A stretch of 64,000 bases of DNA, from positions 23,238 through 87,237 of the forward strand of contig JAKSIL010000001.1 of the NCBI GenBank assembly GCA_024398815.1. Direction: 5' to 3'. Within the stretch, counting starts at the first letter, position 1; the number at the start of each line of letters is the position of its first letter. Of the stretch, positions 1 through 9,508 are shown one piece after another. This stretch comes from Fibrobacter sp. GTDB lineage: Bacteria; Fibrobacterota; Fibrobacteria; Fibrobacterales; Fibrobacteraceae. The notes beneath the pieces are model-generated. The model ran no database searches. It was not told the DNA's origin and saw only the letters and a program-made list of their open reading frames with translations. The translations under genes and the position numbers were made by a program.

Positions 1-3000
1 CAGACGGTAAGGCTCTACAAGGTTGACTTCGCAAGCAGAAAATTCGTTTCGCTGGACAATGCTCTATATGGTTTCCTGAGGGCTGATGGAAGTCCCGTCA
101 TGGATGGTACTGATACGCTAAAATGCGATTATGGCAACAAAATGACGGATGTCCGCTGCGCTGGAAATGATACTCTGTGGGCTTATCTTTTGATTTCCGC
201 CGAAACAAGAACTTTTTCCGTGTTTACTGCTCTAGATTCTACAATTGCGGAAACTCCTAGCTTCGGTATAGCCATATTGCCAGAAATTGCAGAGACATAT
301 AATCGAACTGTACGTATCGATGGTTTGGTGAAATTTAAGTTGTATGTAGATGATGATTCCTTGTGGGCGAACCATGACGATTCTACTCCGCCAGTTGCAC
401 TTTCGTTTACTGCCGATTCCAATGGCTTCGCACAAATTACCTTGCCGTCTCGTGGAAAAGACGTTGACTCCAGTTACGTGTTCGTGGTTGCGTTGAGTGA
501 ATCCGATACTACTGGGGTTTCCCGCGAACTTCCCGCAGCTCCTGCCGTCGCCCGAGCCTTGACGGTGAACGCGCAGTTTGCCTGCTCCGTTCCATCGGAT
601 TCTCTCTGGCTGGGCCTTGACAACGGCTACATGGCGTATGGTGCAAGTTGTACGCATCCGGGTTATGGCCTGGTGTCGCTGAATAAGGATGGCCGCGTCG
701 TTGCAGAAATCCGTGGTGAAATCCCGGATACCGTGATTTATGATGGATCCAAGATGACCGGGGCGTCCCGCATGGGAAAGATCGCTTCGGGTGTTTACGA
801 GTCCCGCTATGTGGGCGTTTCCGCTCTCGGTATGGACATGCAGTTGACTGGACCCCGGGTGTACACGGATTCCGCGCGTCCGGTAATAGAGAACTTCTCC
901 ATACGGGATTCTTCTGAAGTTCTTGACCGTGTCTTTACGGCGACTGCGGATGTTTACGATTTCGAGTCGGGCGTCGCCCGCGTTGTCGTGACGCCTGTTT
1001 TCGGTGACGACACTTTGCGTGCTGTAAATACACAGCCGGATTCGGCCGGCCACGTATCTGCGAGTGTTCGCATTTCCCGAAAGCAACTTTCGGAATGTGC
1101 CGGCTGCTATCTTTCCATGGAAATTCGTGCAGAGGATTTCGGTCGCAACCATGCGGAACAAAAATCTGCGTCCGAGAAACTTTATCCGTATCCGACAAAA
1201 CTCGCTCTGTGGTACCCTGCGCGCGAAAGTAGTGGCAATATTGCGCACGAATTACTTGGTACGGGGCACGATTTGAGCCTGTTTATGCAAAATCCCTGGG
1301 GGAGCGATGCCGGACTTTATTTCGGGAATCGAAATGACTATGCCGTTGGTGGCAATGATGTCGTTAACTTTGGAAGTTCTCCGTCTTATTCCTTTGAAGC
1401 CCGTGTTAAAAATGGATCGTCGTATAGCACATGGCGAAGGTTGCTCGGATTTAAAGGCGTGAATGGTCTTGATATTGAATTGACGCAGCGGGACCGTGTA
1501 TTGAAGTTGAGGGAAGGTGAATATTCCTGGGAATCTTCGCCACTCCCACTTGTTGAAAAGTCCTGGTCGCATGTAGTCGTGACGGTGGATTCTGTGTATG
1601 TGAAGTTCTATGTTGATGGCGAATTGGTGAAAACGAATGATGCTGTCATCACGCAGGAACGTGAACTCGAGGGCGTGTTCTCCATGGGCCAAGCTGATGG
1701 AGTATTTTCTTATCTTGGGAATATTGCGGATATTCGAATGTATTCCCGTGCGTTGACTGCGGCTGAAGTCGAGGAACTTTCGAAGCCAGTGACCGACGCT
1801 GGCGAAGTCTCGGATGTCATCGTCGTCGCCGTGAACGATATGGAAGCCGTGAGTGGGTTCTCGAACGAGTTTTCTTGCTCCGTGTCGGGCAACAAGTACC
1901 TTGTGTCGGATGATTTGGCGACACTCACAATGTCCGTAATCGTCGAAAATGCGGCTGAATACAACGTTGTCTTGTATGCGAGGTCTGCAACAGCAGGAGA
2001 AAAACAAATTCGTGTTGGTGAAGTTGACTTACTGATGGGGACGGCATCCATTTCCAATACTTGGCGTGCGGAGGCAGTTTCTGGAGTGTCTGTCCATCTC
2101 TCGGCAGGTACGCATACGTTGACACTGAAGGTTCCCGCAGGAGTGCAGATTGGTGGCGTAGCGCTTACGACAGCAAATATCCCGGCTTCGATGATTGCGT
2201 GGGGCGCTAGCACTTCTGACAAGGTTGCTGGAATTGAGCCTGCCGATACCGCTCGAAAAGTCAAGTCTTACCTGCGCTACGAGGGATTCCCAGAAACTTC
2301 AACGCTCCGTCCGCGCATTCGTTTGAAAAACGTGTCGGGTGAACCGATTAACGGATTCTCCGTGCGCTACTACTTCCGTGGCGAGGATGCTTCGCAGGCT
2401 AAAGTGGATCGTTACTGGCCGAACGAGAATGTGTCGACGTTCCCTGCCGTATACTCCGAAAGTGCCAATACGGGTTATGTGGAATGGAAGTTTACCGAGA
2501 CGATTCCTGTCGCGGGAACTGTATTTGGCGGAGATGGCCCGCATTTTGGCCTCTACAATGCGGACCACACTCCGTGGGATGCGTCCGATGATCCGTCGTT
2601 CATCGACCCGAATTCGGGCTTGAGTGTAAATGTCGAGGGATTCTACGAAGATGCGGGCGTTATCGTTTTGGACAGCGACAACAATCTGATTGGTGGTTCC
2701 TGCGCCGAGATGGAAGACCCCGTATCGCTTGAAACCAAGGCTCGCGTACTTGCTGCCGATGTGCGCGGAGATAACCAGGCGAGCGAAATCCACATAAAGG
2801 TTGAAAATACGGGCAACGTTGCATTGAAAAACTTCGATGTTCGCTATTACTTCTTCCTGGAGGAGGGACTTGCCCCGGATTACGAAATCTACGACAAGTC
2901 CGAATGTACTTCGGCCTCCATGGAAAGCCTCGGTTCTGGCCGCTGGCAGTTGACGGTCCATTGCGATAAACCGCTTGCTGCAGGCAAGTCTTGGCAGAAT

Positions 3001-3474
3001 CCGGTGAAGGTTGCCCTGCACTTGTCGGGTTGGGCAGCGATGTGGAACGTAAATGACGACCTGAGTCACGACAGTCTTGAATCTACGATGCGCGAGGCAC
3101 GCGGAATTTGCGTGTTCGATTCCACGGGGTACATGCTTTATGGCGATTCGCCTACGTGGGTTTTGCCTGCTTCGGACGAGGGCAGCCCTGATTCCGTTTA
3201 TAATGTCGATTTCGGTTACAAAGCTCCGGACAATTCCATACCCGTCGTGCGCACGCCGGACGGTTTGGTTCTTACACTGGATAGTTGGGTGTATGTGGAA
3301 CTCAGCCTAGTGACTGCTATGGGTACGCCTGTAAAGTCTGTCTTCAATGGAACTCTCGCTCCGGGAGAGCAGTTGGTGCGTGTAGACTGGACTGGCATTG
3401 ACATGGGAAGAACGTATTTGATGCTCAAGGTGAATGGCTCCATCAAATCAACGAAAAAACTATCTTTGCTTTAA
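1..3474 (+). CDS. Large secreted multidomain protein, 5'-truncated by the window: LamG/ConA-like domain, CBM6/35-like beta-sandwich, two CBM3-like modules, T9SS-like C-terminal domain
   Basis: Frame is open from base 1 (QTVRLYKVDF... upstream of the ATG at 100). LamG-like WSHVVVTVD..VKFYVDG..GNIADIRMYSRALTAAEV. Twice [RH]I[RK].[KE]N.....[IL]..F.VRYYF, as in CBM3. Ends VELSLVTAMG..YLMLKVNGSIKSTKKLSLL. Confidence 0.7.
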   Translation, partial: QTVRLYKVDFASRKFVSLDNALYGFLRADGSPVMDGTDTLKCDYGNKMTDVRCAGNDTLWAYLLISAETRTFSVFTALDSTIAETPSFGIAILPEIAETYNRTVRIDGLVKFKLYVDDDSLWANHDDSTPPVALSFTADSNGFAQITLPSRGKDVDSSYVFVVALSESDTTGVSRELPAAPAVARALTVNAQFACSVPSDSLWLGLDNGYMAYGASCTHPGYGLVSLNKDGRVVAEIRGEIPDTVIYDGSKMTGASRMGKIASGVYESRYVGVSALGMDMQLTGPRVYTDSARPVIENFSIRDSSEVLDRVFTATADVYDFESGVARVVVTPVFGDDTLRAVNTQPDSAGHVSASVRISRKQLSECAGCYLSMEIRAEDFGRNHAEQKSASEKLYPYPTKLALWYPARESSGNIAHELLGTGHDLSLFMQNPWGSDAGLYFGNRNDYAVGGNDVVNFGSSPSYSFEARVKNGSSYSTWRRLLGFKGVNGLDIELTQRDRVLKLREGEYSWESSPLPLVEKSWSHVVVTVDSVYVKFYVDGELVKTNDAVITQERELEGVFSMGQADGVFSYLGNIADIRMYSRALTAAEVEELSKPVTDAGEVSDVIVVAVNDMEAVSGFSNEFSCSVSGNKYLVSDDLATLTMSVIVENAAEYNVVLYARSATAGEKQIRVGEVDLLMGTASISNTWRAEAVSGVSVHLSAGTHTLTLKVPAGVQIGGVALTTANIPASMIAWGASTSDKVAGIEPADTARKVKSYLRYEGFPETSTLRPRIRLKNVSGEPINGFSVRYYFRGEDASQAKVDRYWPNENVSTFPAVYSESANTGYVEWKFTETIPVAGTVFGGDGPHFGLYNADHTPWDASDDPSFIDPNSGLSVNVEGFYEDAGVIVLDSDNNLIGGSCAEMEDPVSLETKARVLAADVRGDNQASEIHIKVENTGNVALKNFDVRYYFFLEEGLAPDYEIYDKSECTSASMESLGSGRWQLTVHCDKPLAAGKSWQNPVKVALHLSGWAAMWNVNDDLSHDSLESTMREARGICVFDSTGYMLYGDSPTWVLPASDEGSPDSVYNVDFGYKAPDNSIPVVRTPDGLVLTLDSWVYVELSLVTAMGTPVKSVFNGTLAPGEQLVRVDWTGIDMGRTYLMLKVNGSIKSTKKLSLL

Positions 3475-3485
3475 GGAATTGAATT

Positions 3486-4151
3486 ATGAATAAAGTAATA
3501 AGAACTTTTGCGATTGTTGTTTTTGCTGCATTCCAGGTTCATGCGCTTGGCTTGCAGACAGTATTCGATAACCAGAAAAAGGCTGCCTTTCCGGATACTT
3601 GTGAAATGCAGATGCGAACGACAGTGACACTTCCTGGTCAATCTGCACAGGTGGTGAATATGGCGTTGCTTACCGCTGGTGAAAACAAGTCCATTACCAC
3701 AATCAAGTCTAGCATGATGCAGATGGAGATGGTCCAAAATAACGGTCGCATGAAGGTGACGGACTTGAAAACCGGGAAAAAACTCCCTGCCCAGAATATG
3801 CCGGCGCAGAACCCTGCGGATGTGAATAAACAGATGGGTTCTCCTGAAGACTACAACAATCCTATTGCGGAGGGAAACCTCTGGAAAATCACGCCCAAGG
3901 ATGCCGCAAAGCCGACACTTTACTACTCGCAAAAAAACAAGCGCGTGATGAAGATGGAAGTAACCGTGAACGGCGCAAGTTCGACAAGCGAATTTGAATA
4001 TTGCGACAATTCTTGCGAACTTCCTGGCACACTCAAGAAAGTGACAATAAAGACCGCTGTTCCGCAGGGCGGTGAAAGTACGGTGGTTCTAGAGGTGCTG
4101 AAAGCGAAACAGCGCAAGGTTCTGCCTAGCAAAATGTTTGACGTTGAGTAG
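3486..4151 (+). CDS. Secreted protein, LolA-like / outer-membrane lipoprotein-sorting fold (tentative)
   Basis: Signal peptide ending VHA; beta-rich 221 aa; AAGGA RBS; starts 11 bp after the upstream gene. Confidence 0.5.
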   Translation: MNKVIRTFAIVVFAAFQVHALGLQTVFDNQKKAAFPDTCEMQMRTTVTLPGQSAQVVNMALLTAGENKSITTIKSSMMQMEMVQNNGRMKVTDLKTGKKLPAQNMPAQNPADVNKQMGSPEDYNNPIAEGNLWKITPKDAAKPTLYYSQKNKRVMKMEVTVNGASSTSEFEYCDNSCELPGTLKKVTIKTAVPQGGESTVVLEVLKAKQRKVLPSKMFDVE

Positions 4152-4266
4152 ACTTTTCTTGACTGTGGTCTTGCGTTAGGGATAGTGACCCTGTTCCTTT
4201 TACAGCCAATAATTATCTGGTTTTAACTCGTAATGAAAATGCCTTGAATAAGGTAAAGTGAAGACA

Positions 4267-4292
4267 AAAAAGTTAGATGCGTCTAACTTTTT
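4267..4292. terminator. Bidirectional intrinsic terminator
   Basis: AAAAAGTTAGA-TGCG-TCTAACTTTTT between convergent genes. Confidence 0.75.
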
Positions 4293-4327
4293 ACAGACGT
4301 AAAGTTAGCCTGGGCTAACTTTTGCGT

Positions 4328-6142
4328 TTATGGCAATTTTTCGAGAATCGCGTCGGTGGTCAAAAGTTCCGGCAATACGAATTGCTTGCCTGCGTCGCCG
4401 TGCGGGTAGATGGCGTAGGCGGGGACTCCCGACTTGCCCATGCTCTTGAGGAGGGCGTTCACTTCGGGTGTTTCGCGGGTCCAGTCGGCCTTGACTCGGG
4501 CGACTCCCGCGCTGTCCATTTTGCGGAGGAATTCGGAACCGGAGAGTACGGCGGCTTCGTTCGCCTTGCAGGTGAGGCACCAGTCGGCGGTGACGTCGAT
4601 GAACACGGTACGTCCGGACTTGGCGAAGTCCGCGACGAGTTTTTCGCTGTAGCGGTACCAGCCGCCTTCGAGCATCTGCTCGCTTGCGCGGGCTTCAAAA
4701 CGTTCCGTGACGACGGCTTCGTATTTCGGGCCAAGCAGGGCGAACCAGAGTGCCGCAAGAACGACTGCAGAAACGGTGAATGCGCCGATTTCGCGGGCAA
4801 AGGCCGCTCCCGGCGGGGCGATTTTCCCGATGGCGAAACTGCAGGCGATGGCGATGGCGGCGACGGCCGCGAACAGCAATACGCCCGTCGTGCCGGCTTG
4901 CTCGTTTACGACCCACAGGAGCCATGCGACGGTTGCCAAAAGCAGGACGCCCATGACTTTTTGGAGCGTGACCATCCAGGCGCCCGGTTTCGGGAGCACG
5001 TTCAAAATCTTGGGGAAGAAACTCACCAACAGGTAGGGGAGCGCAAGGCCCACGCCGGCTGCGGTAAAAAACAGAAACAACACCGGCGTGCTCGCGGTGA
5101 ACGCGAAGCCCATGGCGGTGCCGAGCAATGGCGCTGAACACGGCGTACTCAGGAGCACGAGCAGCGCCCCCGTGAAGAATGCACCGCCAAGGCCCGCCTT
5201 GCGCCCAGCCTCGTCCATGCGCGTAGTGGCGCCGCCGGGGAGCCACACTTCGAATACGCCGAAGAAACTCATGGCGAAAGCCGCAAGAATCACGACCATG
5301 AATGCGATGAAGCCTGCGCTCTGGAATTGCATGCCCCAACCGGCCGCTCCGCCGCCCGCCTTGATGGCGCTAATGATTACTGCGAGAACCCAGAAACTCG
5401 CGAGAATACCTGCGGTCGTCGCAAATCCGAGAGCCATCAGGCGCTTGCGGGATTCGCCTGCCTGGTTGATCAAACTGAAAAGCTTGAGCGAAAGCACCGG
5501 CAGAACGCACGGCATCAAGTTCAGGATGATGCCCCCGAGGAACGCGAAAAACAGGAGCAATATCGGGGCTGCTCCGAAGGCGTCGCCTTCATTGTTTTTT
5601 TTTAAACTCGCGGCGTCATTTTTCGCGGCGTCATTCGCTGCGCCGTTCACGCTCGACGCACCCTTCAACTTGGAGGAGCCTTCCAGTCCGGAAGCCCCAC
5701 CGATTTTTACTTCGACTTGAGCCGGGGCGAGGCAGATGGAGTTGTCGCAAGCTTGGTAATGGAATATCGCGTTGGTGCTGAGACTGTCGTATCCGTCTTC
5801 CACGCTGTCCACCGGGATGCGAATCTGGAACTTGCCCTTGAATACGAGAATTTCCAAATCCAGGGCTTCGTTGAATTCCTTGATGGGCTCGGGCCAAATG
5901 GGCTCGCCGAACTTGATGCCGCGTGCGGCAATTTCAACAGAAGAAGGCTTCAAAAAGTCGTCGGTGACTTTGTTCGCATTCACGTGCCAGTTTTCGGGAA
6001 TGACAACTTCTATGGACACAGTGGAATTTTTTTTGACACCGCCGTCGCTATAGGACATGCTTATTTCCGGTGGCGGCATGCTGTTCATGTTGAACACTTG
6101 TCCGTTTACCGTTGACAAAAGCAAACAGAGCAGCGTGAACAT
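4328..6142 (-). CDS. dsbD: Thiol:disulfide interchange protein DsbD
   Basis: N-domain YQACDNSICLAP; TM domain LNLMPCVLPV and STPCSAP; thioredoxin TADWCLTCK. Start moved to ATG 6142 (MFTLLCLLL signal peptide, AGGCGG RBS). Confidence 0.9.
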   Translation of the reverse strand: MFTLLCLLLSTVNGQVFNMNSMPPPEISMSYSDGGVKKNSTVSIEVVIPENWHVNANKVTDDFLKPSSVEIAARGIKFGEPIWPEPIKEFNEALDLEILVFKGKFQIRIPVDSVEDGYDSLSTNAIFHYQACDNSICLAPAQVEVKIGGASGLEGSSKLKGASSVNGAANDAAKNDAASLKKNNEGDAFGAAPILLLFFAFLGGIILNLMPCVLPVLSLKLFSLINQAGESRKRLMALGFATTAGILASFWVLAVIISAIKAGGGAAGWGMQFQSAGFIAFMVVILAAFAMSFFGVFEVWLPGGATTRMDEAGRKAGLGGAFFTGALLVLLSTPCSAPLLGTAMGFAFTASTPVLFLFFTAAGVGLALPYLLVSFFPKILNVLPKPGAWMVTLQKVMGVLLLATVAWLLWVVNEQAGTTGVLLFAAVAAIAIACSFAIGKIAPPGAAFAREIGAFTVSAVVLAALWFALLGPKYEAVVTERFEARASEQMLEGGWYRYSEKLVADFAKSGRTVFIDVTADWCLTCKANEAAVLSGSEFLRKMDSAGVARVKADWTRETPEVNALLKSMGKSGVPAYAIYPHGDAGKQFVLPELLTTDAILEKLP

Positions 6143-6229
6143 CAAATGCAACCGCCTATTGGCATAATTTCTGAAAATGCGTAAAGCAATCGGTAATTTC
6201 ATAAATTTGTCATCCCGAAAGGTTTTGAA

Positions 6230-6772
6230 ATGGCAGACCAATGTGAAAATAAATGTAGTACTCAAGACTGGGTCGAAATGACCTGGCAAGAGCTTTCACC
6301 ACAAATTTACAAACTTTGTGAAATAAAGTGCAAGTCGGTAGATGACGCCAAAGACCTTTTTCAAGAGATTGCCTTGAAGTTTTGCGTAAATGCGCAGAAA
6401 CTGAGGAAACGCGAATACATTTTTCCATGGCTTATGAGAGTTATGCGTACCAGCAGGTACGACATGATGTCTAAAAGACATTTGACATGTGCCGCGTCGA
6501 ATTTAAGGGATAGGCATCTTTCGTACGAGAAACTTTCCGAAAGCAGATCCGTTTTCGCCCAAGAAAAGGAATCGTTTGTCTTGAACGTGGATGCGATTCT
6601 GAATGGGCTCACGCCGGTAGAACGCCTTATCGTGAAACTGGCCTATGTCGGCCATTCCACATCGTACGAAATCAGCGGGATTTTGGGCATTTCGCCGAAT
6701 GCGGTCCGGAAAAGGCTGCATTCGGCCATGAAAAAATTAAGGGAAGAAATAAAGAAAGACGATATTCTTTAA
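6230..6772 (+). CDS. ECF-type sigma-70 family RNA polymerase sigma factor
   Basis: Region 2 DDAKDLFQEIALKF..FPWLMRV; region 4 LTPVERLIVKL..SYEISGILGISPNAVRKRLHSA. Confidence 0.85.
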   Translation: MADQCENKCSTQDWVEMTWQELSPQIYKLCEIKCKSVDDAKDLFQEIALKFCVNAQKLRKREYIFPWLMRVMRTSRYDMMSKRHLTCAASNLRDRHLSYEKLSESRSVFAQEKESFVLNVDAILNGLTPVERLIVKLAYVGHSTSYEISGILGISPNAVRKRLHSAMKKLREEIKKDDIL

Positions 6773-6834
6773 AAAAAAGCCCTTTTTGGAAAATTCGCCC
6801 TTTTTTTGCGCCGTGAAATTCGTAATTTTATTTT

Positions 6835-8985
6835 GTGAAGTTTTTTTGCAACATCGTATTGCTGTTAGCGTCGCTTGCCTGTGCCGTGGTACAGGACGAC
6901 TGGATGACTTTTTCGGACCCGTTTCCGATTAGGTCCGCGACGGCGTATGGCGGCGGAGTCCTGCTTGCCACCGATGGCGGTTTGCGTTTGCGCTCCAAGG
7001 ATCTCAACCATTTGTGGACCTCGACCGATGGCCTTGAGACGGCTTCGTTTTATTGGGTGAACGCGTCGGAGAAAGCCGTTCTTGCCATTTCGGAGTACGG
7101 CATTGTGGCCGCCCTCAACGAAGACGAAAAAGGGTGGCGCGTGCTGAACAGGTCTGCTGTCTCGAACGGCGTCCGCATGGTTCCCGACATGGCCCGTGTT
7201 TCAGAAAATATCATTACTGTGGCTTTCGAAAACAGGCTCGCTTTTTTTGACTATCTGAGCGGCTTGTACATCTTGACCATCAACCGTGTCGGCAAGACTT
7301 CCTTTTCCGTGTCGCCCATCAAGCAGATCGAGGTGCTCGGGGATTCGCTTTTTGTGGCGACGGAAGAAACTTTGCATGTCCGCAAGATGGACTGGAAAAA
7401 TTTGAAGGACGATACGCAGCTGATCAATCCGGATACCTGGGTTCCTTTGCCAAAGGACTTGGCCGCTGTCGGCATGGCTCCTGATACGTCCAAGAGCGTT
7501 GTTGTCGACGGAAAAAAGCTTGGACATCCGGCTTTGTACTATCAAGGCCATAGCAATGTTAAATGGCGCTTCGAGTACGATGACCAGGTCTACTTGGTTA
7601 CGGATGATTTTATTGGAATGTTTGAGCGCGGAAGCAAGAACTTTTCGGACTTGACGGAATACGGTTACTATCAGCTGGGCGAAGTCTACGAACTGGAAAA
7701 GACGGCTTCGGGCGGTGTTGTCGCCGCATCGCCGAATGGCTTTTTGGCATACAGTGACGGCTGGAGTTGGTCAGCGCCATCGCTTGCTCGCGATGGAAGC
7801 GGAAATTCGGATGGCGCGTATGGAGCCAGAATGAAGGTGCTCTCGAATTTGGACAACGAAATCAGCTTGTACCATGTATGGGGAATGGGCGTGATGCTTT
7901 ATGCCGAATGGGGGGCGCGCATGTTTGCGGGCTTTTCTCCCGGCGATGGCACCTGCATGGATGAATACTACCAAAATTACACGGTTGCTGTCGGTACGAC
8001 TGCGGCTCCGGATAATTCGGGATTTTTGGTGGCAACTGCGGCACAGGGCTATTACGGTCTCATGTATTTGACGAAGAACGGTGAAATGAGTTGCGCACCG
8101 CAAGTCGGCAGTACGTCGATTGCCGGGCCGATTACGGCTCGTTTCGACAAGAATGGCTCTGATTGGATTGTGTATGTCGGAACTCGCGATGGCTTTACCC
8201 CCTTCTCGCAGGGTGGAGTCGATATCTTCACCATTCCGTCCCCGTCGAAAAATGGCGGTAGACTTTTGAATGTCAAGGAAAACCGTAAGAGCATAGACGG
8301 CATTGCGTCGAGGGCTCCCATAGACATGGCTGTTGACGAAAAGAACAAGGTGATGTGGCTTGCGTCCATTTCCGATGTGGGCTATATGGAGTTGGACCAG
8401 GATACCATAAAGCTGCCTCGCTCCATTAAGGGGCTTGTGGGTGCCGAGTACACATCCGTGGATGTTGATGTGCGCGGCGGTGTCTGGGTGGGTACAACGA
8501 CCCAGGGCGCCTACAGGTTGACCCGCACGGGGCTTTCCTTTGATACTTTGTCTACGACGCGCTATACTTCGACAAATGGACTTTTGAGCAACGAGGTGGC
8601 CGATGTTTCTATCGATCCCGTTTTGGGCATGGCCTGGTTTGCGCATCCTACGGGCGTGAGCCGCTATAAGCAGGATTATTTGAGGGACGCTTCGTCGTTC
8701 ATGACGGATTCCGCAAAGGCTGAAGTCAAGGGCTATCCTAATCCATTCAGACCGTTTGTCCACGAATCGTTCTGCATAGACAATATCGACGATCACGCGT
8801 CCGTGAGCATCTACAATCGTGGCGGCAAGTTGGTGAAGTTCTTCAGTGGTGAAGAAGTCGCCGGTGGCCGTGCCGTGTGGGATGGCAAAATTCGTGGCGG
8901 GAAGTACGCTGCGCCGGGCGTCTATCATTACTTTGTAAAGACTTCGTCGAAAGTAAAAAGAGGCAAGTTCATCATAATTCATTGA
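6835..8985 (+). CDS. PorZ-like beta-propeller protein with T9SS-type C-terminal domain
   Basis: Signal peptide; regulator-propeller repeats (LATDGGL, VDVRGGVWVGT..GAY, NGLLSNEVADVSID); C-terminal GYPNPFRP..VSIYNRGGKLV..WDG..GVYHY..GKFIIIH. Confidence 0.7.
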   Translation: MKFFCNIVLLLASLACAVVQDDWMTFSDPFPIRSATAYGGGVLLATDGGLRLRSKDLNHLWTSTDGLETASFYWVNASEKAVLAISEYGIVAALNEDEKGWRVLNRSAVSNGVRMVPDMARVSENIITVAFENRLAFFDYLSGLYILTINRVGKTSFSVSPIKQIEVLGDSLFVATEETLHVRKMDWKNLKDDTQLINPDTWVPLPKDLAAVGMAPDTSKSVVVDGKKLGHPALYYQGHSNVKWRFEYDDQVYLVTDDFIGMFERGSKNFSDLTEYGYYQLGEVYELEKTASGGVVAASPNGFLAYSDGWSWSAPSLARDGSGNSDGAYGARMKVLSNLDNEISLYHVWGMGVMLYAEWGARMFAGFSPGDGTCMDEYYQNYTVAVGTTAAPDNSGFLVATAAQGYYGLMYLTKNGEMSCAPQVGSTSIAGPITARFDKNGSDWIVYVGTRDGFTPFSQGGVDIFTIPSPSKNGGRLLNVKENRKSIDGIASRAPIDMAVDEKNKVMWLASISDVGYMELDQDTIKLPRSIKGLVGAEYTSVDVDVRGGVWVGTTTQGAYRLTRTGLSFDTLSTTRYTSTNGLLSNEVADVSIDPVLGMAWFAHPTGVSRYKQDYLRDASSFMTDSAKAEVKGYPNPFRPFVHESFCIDNIDDHASVSIYNRGGKLVKFFSGEEVAGGRAVWDGKIRGGKYAAPGVYHYFVKTSSKVKRGKFIIIH

Positions 8986-9001
8986 TGGGAGCGGAAATTT
9001 T

Positions 9002-9481
9002 ATGGGTAATCTCAAGGTCGTTTTTGGTTTAGCCGTTATTGTTTTTTCTTGCTTGCTGGTTTCTTGCGCTGCCGAGCGCCAGGGCGTCGTTTGCGACGAA
9101 ATCCAGTACCGCTTGGACACCATGGCCTATTCGCCCGACCAGCGTGCGTTTGAAGAAGACGAACTTCGCGCTTGCCGCGATGAAGAAGCCCGAAAGAAGG
9201 GCGAGGCGGCAGCCAAGCGCCAAAGCATCTATGATCGCTTTGCTGCAAGCGATTCTTCGGAATCCGCTAAAATGACGGTCGCCGAAGACGGCTCCATTGT
9301 GCAGTCCGGCGAACCTAAGGACGTCTCCGTTTCCGAGGCTCTCAAGGATTCCAGCGGCGTCGAGACGACGAGCATTTATGACCGTTACAAGGCCGTAGGC
9401 CCTGCGGATTCTGTAACGGCATCGCCCGCGGCACCTTCTGCAGAAACTGTTCCGGCTGCTACTGAAACGGCTCCGCAGTAA
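9002..9481 (+). CDS. Hypothetical lipoprotein
   Basis: Lipobox LVSC; internal SIYDR motif twice; Ala/Pro-rich tail. Confidence 0.65.
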   Translation: MGNLKVVFGLAVIVFSCLLVSCAAERQGVVCDEIQYRLDTMAYSPDQRAFEEDELRACRDEEARKKGEAAAKRQSIYDRFAASDSSESAKMTVAEDGSIVQSGEPKDVSVSEALKDSSGVETTSIYDRYKAVGPADSVTASPAAPSAETVPAATETAPQ

Positions 9482-9508
9482 TTTGAATCGCAGAGGCTAC
9501 GAAAGTTT

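Noticed and set aside
6143-6289. N-terminal extension of dsbD
   Set aside because: It overlaps the divergent sigma gene; signal peptide and RBS fit ATG 6142.
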